Notes: generated by a model not told the origin, from the sequence alone. Positions 16,164 through 23,799 are shown, numbered from the stretch's first letter. The stretch is 32,000 nucleotides of DNA from Geobacter sulfurreducens PCA (GCF_000007985.2 NC_002939.5:480001-512000); one strand, 5' to 3'. Program-made: numbers and translations.

Positions 16164-17204
16164 TCAGTTGCTGACCGGCCTGGGGGTATCGTCCGAGTTG
16201 GGCGGCAGGACAGGGTGCATCACCTTCGGCTGCGCGCCGGTGAGGGTGTTGAGGAACGTGACAATCTTGTCAGCGTCGGCGTCGGTGATGGAGATGCCGA
16301 GTTGAGCGCTCCCCATGATCTTGACGGCGTCCTTCAGTTTCCAGACCTTGCCCGAGTGGAAGTAGGGCATGGTGATGGCCACGTTGCGCAGGCTCGGCGA
16401 ACGGAACACGTATTTGTCCGCGGCCGTGCTGGTCACCTTGTAACGGCCGGTGTCGTCCACGGGTCTCACCACCGGCCCCGGATCTTCACGGACGCCGAAG
16501 GGGAAGTAGCCGGTTCCGCCCATGTTGACGCCGCTGTGGCAGGCCGCGCATCCTTTGTCCAGGAAGAGGGCGAGCCCCTGTTCCGCTGTGCTGCTGATGG
16601 CCTTGCGGTTGCCCTTCAGGTATTTGTCGAAGGGGGCATCGGGGGTGACGAGCGTGGCCTCGAAGACCTCGATGGCCTTGGCCACGTTGTCGAAGGTTAC
16701 CGGATCACCCTGCCCGGGGAAGGCCTTGCGGAAAAGGGGAGGGTAACCGGGAATGCTCTTGAGGGTGGCGACCAGGTTTTCGGGCTTGTTGTTCATCTCC
16801 ACCGATGCCTGAACCGGCCCCTTGGCCTGGGCTGCCAGGTCCTCGGCACGGCCGTCCCAGAACTGGGCGATGTTGTAGACGGCATTGAGCACAGTGGGGG
16901 AGTTGCGTGGCCCCTTTTGCCAGCCGTGACCGATGGATGTCTCCAGGATGTCGGTGCCGCCCAGGCCTACGTTGTGACAGGTGTTACAGCTGATTAAGTG
17001 CGAAGCCGAAAGCCGCGGATCGAAGAACAGCATCCTCCCCAGCTCGACCCTGGACGGACTGGCCGGATTGTCCTTCATGACCGGCGGCTTGGCAGGGATC
17101 GGCTTGAAGAGCCCCTGCGCACGTTTCATGACATCCTCTTTCCCCCAGGCGACGCCCGCTACCAGGGTGAGGGCCATTCCCCATGCGAGATTTCGGGTTT
17201 TCAT
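16164..17204 (-). CDS. macA: Diheme cytochrome c peroxidase (CCP/MauG family; MacA-like)
   Basis: 346-aa ORF with a signal peptide. Two heme c motifs, 'CNTCH' and 'CAACH'. 'WDGRA', 'PSLRNVAITMPYFHSG' are CCP signature blocks. AGGAGG RBS. Size and context match my recollection of Geobacter MacA. Confidence 0.9.
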   Translation of the reverse strand: MKTRNLAWGMALTLVAGVAWGKEDVMKRAQGLFKPIPAKPPVMKDNPASPSRVELGRMLFFDPRLSASHLISCNTCHNVGLGGTDILETSIGHGWQKGPRNSPTVLNAVYNIAQFWDGRAEDLAAQAKGPVQASVEMNNKPENLVATLKSIPGYPPLFRKAFPGQGDPVTFDNVAKAIEVFEATLVTPDAPFDKYLKGNRKAISSTAEQGLALFLDKGCAACHSGVNMGGTGYFPFGVREDPGPVVRPVDDTGRYKVTSTAADKYVFRSPSLRNVAITMPYFHSGKVWKLKDAVKIMGSAQLGISITDADADKIVTFLNTLTGAQPKVMHPVLPPNSDDTPRPVSN

Positions 17205-17243
17205 TCGAGTTCCTCCTGAACGTGAAATGAATTAACAGGGTTA

Positions 17244-17271
17244 AGTATAGAGCAGCACGGCGGTTGCGCAA
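17244..17271 (-). promoter_or_regulatory. Candidate sigma70-type promoter for the peroxidase gene
   Basis: The minus strand reads TTGCGC (17271-17266), 16-nt spacer, TATACT (17249-17244). The -35 lies inside the 8-bp palindrome TTGCGCAA. Sequence-only prediction. Confidence 0.4.
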
Positions 17272-17298
17272 GACGACCGGACTGCTGCTCCCTGCCCG

Positions 17299-18210
17299 TC
17301 AAAAGTCATAGAAAACCGCCAGCCCTGCGGCGAAGTCGGGGCTTGCGTCTGACAGCCCTGCAGCCACATAGCCTTCCAGAGCCATAGAATCAAAGGCGTA
17401 GACACCCTTGAGCCGCCCCTCGAACGGCGCGTCGGAATCCTCTGCCGGGGCCGTTGCGCCACGACCGAGGATCGCAGCATAGAGAGATGGCGTGAACTGC
17501 CTGCCGAGGCCGGCCTCGTAGCTGAGGTAGTCCTTGGTGGCGTAGAGGTCGGAGGAGCCCTGGACGATCCAGACAGCTTCACCGAAGGGACGCCAGTCCC
17601 CGAGCCACTTGTCCAGCGAAAGGCCTCCACCTGCGTCGAATTTGCCGGTACCGAGTCCCTTGTCCTCGTCGGCGGTGGGGAACTTCAGGTAGAGGAGCGG
17701 GCGTACCCGGGGCGCCACCGTTCCCTCGGGAATGATGATGTAGCCGGCCGTGAGGGTAATGTCGCCGAGGCCGTTGGCCGAGCCCGTTGATCCGCCTGCC
17801 GTTGAGCCGGAATTGCCGCCGGCTCCCGCCTGAAACCGGGTGCCCGCCGCCGTGGCGGCACCGCGGGCATATCCCTGCCGGTAGGGCATGACCGTGCCGT
17901 AGGCATTGTCGCCATTGGTCTGGTACACCCAGGGGATAACCAGTTCAAGGTCCAGCCGCTCGGTGGGGTAGAGGTCCACGATGAGGGGCACCGAGATGAA
18001 ATCGGTCCTGGTCCCGCTGCCGTAGTCGCCCGTGGCGAAATCGACCCCCAGCCCCACGGCACCCCATCGTCCCTCGACGGAAACGTCTCGCCGCTCAGAG
18101 GCAAGGGCCGCTGTCCAGCTGAGGCAAAGCAGGGCACACGCGAAAAAAAGCGGAAGCAAGAGCCTTCCGCGCCATAGCATGATCTTTGTTGTTTCATTCA
18201 TTCGCTTCAT
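17299..18210 (-). CDS. Putative outer-membrane beta-barrel protein
   Basis: 303-aa ORF with a signal peptide ('...SWTAALA|SE'). Alternating hydrophobic/polar strands and Gly/Tyr-rich turns. The C-terminal '...GLAVFYDF' ends in Phe, a typical OMP signature. The ATG overlaps the upstream stop (ATGA, 18207-18210). The subfamily (possibly MetA-pathway/phenol-degradation-like transporter) is unverified. Confidence 0.7.
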   Translation of the reverse strand: MKRMNETTKIMLWRGRLLLPLFFACALLCLSWTAALASERRDVSVEGRWGAVGLGVDFATGDYGSGTRTDFISVPLIVDLYPTERLDLELVIPWVYQTNGDNAYGTVMPYRQGYARGAATAAGTRFQAGAGGNSGSTAGGSTGSANGLGDITLTAGYIIIPEGTVAPRVRPLLYLKFPTADEDKGLGTGKFDAGGGLSLDKWLGDWRPFGEAVWIVQGSSDLYATKDYLSYEAGLGRQFTPSLYAAILGRGATAPAEDSDAPFEGRLKGVYAFDSMALEGYVAAGLSDASPDFAAGLAVFYDF

Positions 18211-18719
18211 CTCCCGTGTCGTCCTCCTCCGCGTCGTATCGGAGCCGTGGGCCGGGTCGTATTGCCACGGCCGCTGCCGGACCAGAAGGGGCGCCCTGCA
18301 TCGCTCCGGATGGCGGTTTCCTCGCCGGTTAAGCTATTGCCGACCTTTTGGGTCAGGAGGTAGATTGTGCCGTCCTTGCCGATGGCCTTGGCCCCCTTGG
18401 CAGTGAGCCGGTCGCCCGGTTTCAGGGGGAAGCCTTTTTCATTCCAGTACCAGCGCGGACCGAGCGCCAGGACAACGGCGTCTTCCCCCTCTTTGATCGC
18501 TACGAGCATATGCTTGCCATCGCCGCCTGGCTCGACGGAGGCGATAGTGCCCGTCACTGTGACTACCGTGTTGAGGTCGTAGCCTTCATCGAGATCGAGG
18601 CCGCTCTTCTCCCATCCCCATCCGAAGCCGAATCCCCAGCCTGCCGTGGCGTTTCCCGCATGGAAAAGGGCCAGGAAGACAAGAATCGTGAGTATGAGGG
18701 TCGAGCGGCCTCTGATCAT
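18207..18719 (-). CDS. Secreted hypothetical protein with an OB-fold-like core
   Basis: 170-aa ORF with RBS GAGGTAAGGA and signal peptide '...FHAGNATA'. It has an aromatic-Gly stretch 'GWGFGFGWGWE', a core 'VTVTGTIASVEPGGDGKHMLVAIKEGEDAVVLALGPRWYWNEKGFPLKPGDRLTAKG', and a basic Gly-rich tail 'RRGGGRHGR'. The fold call is pattern-based only. Confidence 0.6.
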   Translation of the reverse strand: MIRGRSTLILTILVFLALFHAGNATAGWGFGFGWGWEKSGLDLDEGYDLNTVVTVTGTIASVEPGGDGKHMLVAIKEGEDAVVLALGPRWYWNEKGFPLKPGDRLTAKGAKAIGKDGTIYLLTQKVGNSLTGEETAIRSDAGRPFWSGSGRGNTTRPTAPIRRGGGRHGR

Positions 18720-18747
18720 GGTTGTTCCTTACCTCTTGGTGAGTCGA

Positions 18748-19101
18748 CTACCGGGCGGTTCCGCCGGTATAGGCGGAGCCGTAGCCGGTGCCGTCCTGGG
18801 GAGGAGTTACGTTGCCGGTGCCGTCGCCGGGGCCGAGGCGCCTCATGGCTCCCGTCCCGACGCCCTGACGGGCGGTGCCGGCTCCGCTGCCATCACGGAG
18901 TTGCTGGCGGGACGAGGTCGCAGCTGACGCCGCCGTTGCCGTTGCCGTACTGGAGAGGCAGCTTCCGTCGCGGAGCTGGAGCCGGTCTCCGGTCCCCTGG
19001 CCGGCCATGGGGCCCTTACCGCCCCGAGCCATGGCCTCGCCGCCGAGGGCAAGGGCGCCGGCTGCCACCATCACTGCTACTGCAAGAACTTTTCTGGTCA
19101 T
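18748..19101 (-). CDS. Small secreted Gly/Thr/Ala-rich repeat protein (hypothetical)
   Basis: 117-aa ORF with GGGAGG 8 nt upstream of the ATG and signal peptide '...LGGEAMA|RGG'. The mature part is low-complexity and has four DG[ST][GC] motifs: 'LQLRDGSC', 'QQLRDGSG', 'GPGDGTG', 'PQDGTG'. Confidence 0.65.
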   Translation of the reverse strand: MTRKVLAVAVMVAAGALALGGEAMARGGKGPMAGQGTGDRLQLRDGSCLSSTATATAASAATSSRQQLRDGSGAGTARQGVGTGAMRRLGPGDGTGNVTPPQDGTGYGSAYTGGTAR

Positions 19102-19257
19102 TTCTTTTTCCTCCCTGTGTGGTTAGTGGTGTCGATGCGGGATCGACAATCTCTGTCAATCAGTATTCCACGCACCATGCCAGGGTTGGTGTCTGGTGTA
19201 TCATGCTGAAATGGCTTGTAATTTTTTGTAGCGACGAAATGTTTCACAGTTATTTCA

Positions 19258-19272
19258 GTGCAGAAATTGCAC
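19258..19272. promoter_or_regulatory. Inverted repeat GTGCA-N5-TGCAC (possible enhancer-binding-protein site)
   Basis: GTGCAGAAATTGCAC lies 157-171 nt upstream of the small secreted protein ATG and just downstream of the sigma54 activator gene. TGCAC half-sites resemble NtrC-type UAS half-sites. The function is inferred. Confidence 0.3.
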
Positions 19273-19282
19273 ATGTTCACGA

Positions 19283-20644
19283 CTAATTTGCACCGTCCCG
19301 ATCATCCCCCACCAACCCATACTCCCGAAGGCGGTACTGGAGGGTACGCCGGGAGATGCCAAGCTTTTCGGCGGTCAGGCGCCGGTTGTTGCCGCAGCTT
19401 TTGAGGGCGGCCAGGATTGCTTCCCGCTCCAGCCCCTTGAGAACTCCTTCCCCGTCCTGCCCGGCAGGAAGAGGTGCCCTGAAGGTCTCAGGGAGATCGT
19501 CCAGGGTCAGGGCGTGCCGGGCGAGGATTACTCCTCGTTCAATGACGTTCTGGAGTTCGCGGATGTTGCCGGGCCAGGGGTAGCGCTTGAGGGCCGCCAT
19601 AGCATCGGGTTCGATCCCCCGGATTTTTTTGCCGGTTACTCCCGAAAATCGACGGATGAACCAGTTCACCAGGTGTGGCAGGGCGTCGCGGCGCTCCCGT
19701 AGGGGGGGAAGCGCGACGGGGAACACGTTCAGGCGATAGAAAAGGTCTTCCCTGAAGCGCCGTTCGCGGATTTCAACGACCAGATCCCGGTTGGTGGCAG
19801 CCACTACCCGCACGTCCGCCCGAATTTCCCGGTTTCCTCCCACCCGCTCGAAGGCCCGCTCCTGGAGGACCCGCAGGAGCTTCGCCTGAAGGGGGAGAGA
19901 GAGCTCCCCGATTTCGTCAAGGAAGAGAGTTCCCCCCTGGGCCAGTTCGAATTTCCCCCGCCGGGCCTGGACCGCGCCGGTGAAGGCTCCCCGCTCGTGG
20001 CCGAACAGCTCGCTTTCGAGCAGGGTTTCGGGGATTGCCGCACAGTTTACCGCCACGAAGCCGGCACCGTGTCGGGGTGACAGGAGATGCACGGCCCGGG
20101 CGATGAGCTCCTTGCCGGTGCCGCTTTCCCCGCTTACCAGAACGGTGGTGCCGGTGGGGGCGACCTCTCCCACGAGTCGCCGTACCGGGGCCATGGCCTC
20201 GCCGGCGAAGATGAGATCCTCCGGCGGGAGTCCCGCCGCTTCGGTTTCCTTGAGGGCCAGGTATTCCCGCTCACGGCTCTTTCCGGACAGGACCCGTCCT
20301 ACGAGAACTCGCAGGGTGTCCGGGTCCTTCAGGGGCTTGGTGAGGAAATCAGCCGCCCCCTCTTTCACCGCGGCCACTGCTTCTTCGATGGTTCCGAATG
20401 CCGTGAGAATGACGAATGCAGGCGGATAGTCATCATCACGGCTCGCCCGGAGAAGTTCCAGTCCTCCGATGCCGGGCATCCTCAGGTCAGAGAGGACCAA
20501 GTCGAAGGATTCGCGGCGCAGCAGGGCCAGGGCTTCTTCTCCGTCAGCGGCCTCCCTGATGTCGTATCCCTCTCCCTTGAGGACTGTCCTGAGAAATCCC
20601 CGGAAGGTGCTGTCATCTTCGGCTATGAGTATGCGTGTCGTCAT
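19283..20644 (-). CDS. Sigma54-dependent Fis-family response regulator (NtrC/ZraR-like)
   Basis: 453-aa ORF. REC domain ('LIAEDD', '[11 protein letters not shown]', 'LTKP'). AAA+ sigma54-interaction domain (Walker A 'GESGTGKE', '[15 protein letters not shown]', Walker B 'GTLFLDEI'). C-terminal HTH '[20 protein letters not shown]'. Confidence 0.95.
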   Translation of the reverse strand: MTTRILIAEDDSTFRGFLRTVLKGEGYDIREAADGEEALALLRRESFDLVLSDLRMPGIGGLELLRASRDDDYPPAFVILTAFGTIEEAVAAVKEGAADFLTKPLKDPDTLRVLVGRVLSGKSREREYLALKETEAAGLPPEDLIFAGEAMAPVRRLVGEVAPTGTTVLVSGESGTGKELIARAVHLLSPRHGAGFVAVNCAAIPETLLESELFGHERGAFTGAVQARRGKFELAQGGTLFLDEIGELSLPLQAKLLRVLQERAFERVGGNREIRADVRVVAATNRDLVVEIRERRFREDLFYRLNVFPVALPPLRERRDALPHLVNWFIRRFSGVTGKKIRGIEPDAMAALKRYPWPGNIRELQNVIERGVILARHALTLDDLPETFRAPLPAGQDGEGVLKGLEREAILAALKSCGNNRRLTAEKLGISRRTLQYRLREYGLVGDDRDGAN

Positions 20645-20660
20645 GTGTGTAGTATGCCTC

Positions 20661-21920
20661 TCATCGGTGAAGGGGGAGTGTTACCCGAAAAACGGTGCCG
20701 CCGCCGGGATTATCCGCCACGCTGATGCTCCCCCCATGGGCTTCGGCTATCTTGCGGCAGACGGCGAGCCCCAGGCCGCTGCCCCGGGCCTTTGTGGTGA
20801 AGAACGGGGTGAATATCCGCTCCCGGTCGTGGGGGGCGATGCCGTGGCCGTGGTCTGCCACACTGATCTCGACCGTTTTACCTTCGCGCCGGGTGACAAC
20901 GGTGAGCGTTCCCCCGTCCGGCATGGCCTGAATGCCGTTCTTTGCCAGATTGAGAATGAGTTGCTCCAACCGCGCTTCATTTCCTCTTGTGGCCAATCCT
21001 TCGGCAAGGGATGCCGCAATGGTGACGCCGGCGGCCCGCGCTTCGGGGTCCACCAGTGCCAGCACATGGTCAATCACCGCGTTTACCTGGAGCGGCCCTT
21101 CTGGCCCGGGCTCCGGCCGGGCGTAGGCAAGAAGGTCGCTGACGAGCGATTCGAGCCGGATTGCCTCGGTGACGATCAGTGCGGAGAACTCCCGGTTTTC
21201 ATCGTCGTTGCTCCGTTCCATGAGCAGTTGGGCGTAGCCCTTGATCCCGGACAGGGGGTTGCGCACCTCGTGGGCAAGCACCGCCCCCATTTCTCCCAGT
21301 TGCGCAAGCCGCTCCCGTCGGACCATTTCGAGCCGGTGCTCCTGGGCCCGGCGGGCGTAGCGATAGAGGAGCACCCCCATCGTCCAGGCCGCCGCCAGCA
21401 GCGAAAACAGCACGACCATGCCTACCCTGGCCCGGTGGATCACCGCATCGGCTCGCCAGGGGTGAAGTGCCAGGCGCAGGGCCAGGGTTCGGCCGGGGAG
21501 GTGGAGGGGGGCATGATATTCGTACACCTCTTCGCCCGTGCCGAGTCTGATGCGGTTTTCCGCCAAGCCCCGTCCGCCGAGAACCGTCACGTACCGTTGA
21601 TCCGTCACCCGCGATCCGATCAGGTCGGCATTGGAGTGAAAGACGATGGTGCCGTTGCGGTCGATGACCGAGATATAGGCGATGTCCCGGGCGCGAAAGG
21701 CGGCCAGTGAAGCCAGGGACGAGTCGCGTGCCGCAATCGATTCCAGCGCCGACGTGAGTGAAAGGGCAAGCCCCCGGAGGTTCCCTTCGGCAATGGGGCG
21801 TGCGCTCCGGTAGTTTCCCACGGCGAACCAGCCGAGAAGCAGTGACAGGATGACTCCGGCCGCAAGGGCGATGAGGGAAACGATATTGCCGCGCATACGT
21901 AGGATTGTTGTCGAATCCAT
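20661..21920 (-). CDS. Sensor histidine kinase, ZraS-like (TM, periplasmic domain, TM, HisKA, HATPase_c)
   Basis: 419-aa ORF. H-box 'LAHEVRNPLSGIKGYA', N-box 'ILNLAKNGIQAM', 'DHGHGI', 'FTTKARGSGLGLAV'. The periplasmic 'ISVIDRNGTIVFHSNADLIGSRV' resembles E. coli ZraS 'FAVTDAQGIIILHSDPDKVGRAL' (from memory). Confidence 0.9.
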   Translation of the reverse strand: MDSTTILRMRGNIVSLIALAAGVILSLLLGWFAVGNYRSARPIAEGNLRGLALSLTSALESIAARDSSLASLAAFRARDIAYISVIDRNGTIVFHSNADLIGSRVTDQRYVTVLGGRGLAENRIRLGTGEEVYEYHAPLHLPGRTLALRLALHPWRADAVIHRARVGMVVLFSLLAAAWTMGVLLYRYARRAQEHRLEMVRRERLAQLGEMGAVLAHEVRNPLSGIKGYAQLLMERSNDDENREFSALIVTEAIRLESLVSDLLAYARPEPGPEGPLQVNAVIDHVLALVDPEARAAGVTIAASLAEGLATRGNEARLEQLILNLAKNGIQAMPDGGTLTVVTRREGKTVEISVADHGHGIAPHDRERIFTPFFTTKARGSGLGLAVCRKIAEAHGGSISVADNPGGGTVFRVTLPLHR

Positions 21921-21941
21921 TTAATCTGTTTATTTGAATGT

Positions 21942-21969
21942 ACTATAGCATTGCCGGCTGTCCGTGCAA
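21942..21969 (-). promoter_or_regulatory. Candidate sigma70 promoter for the ZraSR-like operon
   Basis: The minus strand reads TTGCAC (21969-21964), 16-nt spacer, TATAGT (21947-21942) with TGc directly upstream (extended -10). It overlaps a divergent plus-strand candidate: TTGCCG (21951-21956), N18, TATGAT (21975-21980). Confidence 0.45.
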
Positions 21970-22058
21970 ACGGATATGATGTCTTGCCCCGAACGGTTTC
22001 GGAGGTATGCTGGAAGAAGGGCTGCCGTCATTATGCGCGGCCAGGTATGGAGTTTTCA

Positions 22059-22529
22059 ATGAAAATGTATCAATTGTCCAGAACGCAGATCCTGCCCGTG
22101 CCGTTGACGGTAGCCTGGGACTTTTTCTCGGATCCGCGCAATCTTGCCGCCATTACCCCGCCGGATATGGGGTTCGTCATTACCTCGCCGGTGCCGGAGC
22201 GGACCCATGCGGGGATGGTGGTAACCTATGCGGTCTCACCATTCGGTGGCCTTCGGTTGCCGTGGGTTACCGAGATCACCCATTGCGCGGAGCCCTCTCT
22301 TTTCGTGGACGAGCAGCGTTTCGGGCCATACCGTTTCTGGCACCACCAGCACCACTTTCTGGAAGTGTCCGGCGGGGTAGAAATGCGAGATATCGTCCAC
22401 TACATACTCCCCTTCGGCATCATCGGACGTCTTTCCGCGCCCGTTGTGGCGAAGCGGCTTAAGGCGATCTTCGACTACCGGCGCGATACGCTCGCTGTCC
22501 GCTTCGCCGCTCTTTCACGGGGCGCCTGA
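22059..22529 (+). CDS. SRPBCC-superfamily ligand-binding protein
   Basis: A 156-aa product from ATG 22059 (GGAG 6 nt upstream); ATG 22047 is an alternative start. 'LPVPLTVAWDFFSDPRNLAAITPP', 'FVDEQRFGPYRFWHHQHHF' are typical of the COG4276-type SRPBCC group as I recall it. Confidence 0.7.
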   Translation: MKMYQLSRTQILPVPLTVAWDFFSDPRNLAAITPPDMGFVITSPVPERTHAGMVVTYAVSPFGGLRLPWVTEITHCAEPSLFVDEQRFGPYRFWHHQHHFLEVSGGVEMRDIVHYILPFGIIGRLSAPVVAKRLKAIFDYRRDTLAVRFAALSRGA

Positions 22530-22584
22530 CGGTCATATCCTCCCCGGCTGGGGGGCAGGCTGCACGCAGCGGCACGCCTGTCCC

Positions 22585-22608
22585 GGTCGGCCTCCGGCGG
22601 ACCTTTTT
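22585..22608 (+). terminator. Probable intrinsic terminator after the SRPBCC gene
   Basis: GGTCGGCC (22585-22592) pairs with GGCGGACC (22596-22603) at 7 of 8 positions across a 3-nt loop. It is followed by TTTTTCCGCTTTTCC. Confidence 0.45.
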
Positions 22609-22662
22609 CCGCTTTTCCCGCCTTCTGTTCCGGGCTATCATCCCTTCCCCAGGAGGTGCCCC

Positions 22663-23667
22663 ATGAAAAAGGGAAAACCGGCGAAAAAGTACTCCCAGGC
22701 AGCCCGGGTCCATGACCTCATCCGCCTCATCGAGGCGCGGCACGGCGTGACCATTGCCGAAATGGCCGAGGAAACCGGCGTGGACCGCCGCACCATTCAC
22801 CGTGACCTGGCCGCCATCCACGAGGCGGGATATCCCCTGATCTCCGACTGGGAGGATGGGCGCAAGGTCTACCGCTTCATCACCCGATTCCGGGACGTTC
22901 CCCCCATTACCTTCACCCTTCAGGAACTGGTAGCGCTCTCATTTTTCCGCACCCAGCTTCATTTTCTTGACGGCACCCCCTTCCGGGAGGACCTGGATGC
23001 GGTCTTCCGCAAGGTGAGCTCGGTCCTCCCCCCACGCTACGCGGCCCATATGGAGCGGATTGCCGAGGTGTCCGTTCCGCTTCTGCAGGGACGGCGCGAC
23101 TATTCACGGGTTGGGGATGGGCTGCGCAGCCTGCGCGATGCCCTCATTTACCAGTACCGGGTACGGCTTTCCTACCAGGCCAAGGGGCAGGGTCGTCCCG
23201 CCCTGTACGAGGTAGACCCCTATACCCTGGTCTTCTACAAGGGAGGGCTCTATCTGGTCGGTTACGCTCACAACCGGCGGGCGCTGCGCACGTTCGCAGC
23301 CGAACGGATCACCGCCGTTGAGGTGACCCGCGACCGGTTCGAGATCCCCGATGACTACCGGCCGTCCGAGCGGCTGCGGGATGCCTTCGGGATCGTTGAG
23401 GAGGAACCCCTGTCGGTGGCGATCCGCTTTTCGCCCGAACTTGCCCACACAGTCCGCGACCGGATCTGGCATCCCACCCAGCAGGTCCGTATGGAGTCCG
23501 ACGGCGCCTGCATCCTTTCCTTCACCGCAGGCGGCCGCATGGAGATCATCGCCTGGGTTCTCTCCTACGGTGCTCATGCCGAGGTCCTCTCCCCTCCCGA
23601 TTTGCGGGCCGAGGTGGCCCGCGTCGCCGCCGCCGTTGCCGCCCGTTACGTGTCTGTCGGGGGGTGA
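22663..23667 (+). CDS. WYL-domain transcriptional regulator (HTH + WYL + C-terminal extension; YafY/PafBC-like)
   Basis: A 334-aa product from ATG 22663 (AGGAGG 6 nt upstream); the track ORF is over-extended by 73 codons. HTH 'VTIAEMAEETGVDRRTIHRDLAAIHEAGYPL'. WYL core 'YEVDPYTLVFYKGGLYLVGYAHNRRALRTFAAERI'. Confidence 0.85.
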   Translation: MKKGKPAKKYSQAARVHDLIRLIEARHGVTIAEMAEETGVDRRTIHRDLAAIHEAGYPLISDWEDGRKVYRFITRFRDVPPITFTLQELVALSFFRTQLHFLDGTPFREDLDAVFRKVSSVLPPRYAAHMERIAEVSVPLLQGRRDYSRVGDGLRSLRDALIYQYRVRLSYQAKGQGRPALYEVDPYTLVFYKGGLYLVGYAHNRRALRTFAAERITAVEVTRDRFEIPDDYRPSERLRDAFGIVEEEPLSVAIRFSPELAHTVRDRIWHPTQQVRMESDGACILSFTAGGRMEIIAWVLSYGAHAEVLSPPDLRAEVARVAAAVAARYVSVGG

Positions 23668-23799
23668 CGGTCATCGGTGACAGAAGGCGGTAAAGTTTGC
23701 GCGACGGATGCCGATACGTATTGAGTAGTGTTCCCGTATCCCTGATGTCCCGCTGTCGCGCGGGCCGGGCGGGCTATTCCCCTCTCAGCGGAGTTCAGC

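Noticed and set aside
16024-17300. tRNA-Phe as an integration site for a genomic island
   Set aside because: No integrase, excisionase or phage gene follows. I noticed no direct repeat of the tRNA 3' end elsewhere in the window. The flanking genes are ordinary chromosomal functions with similar composition.
19155-19186. Sigma54 -24/-12 promoter call for the secreted trio (TGGCAT..., TGGAAT-N6-TTGA)
   Set aside because: Neither near-match has the invariant GC at -12 with correct GG-N10-GC spacing. It is kept only as an open question in the findings, not as a feature.
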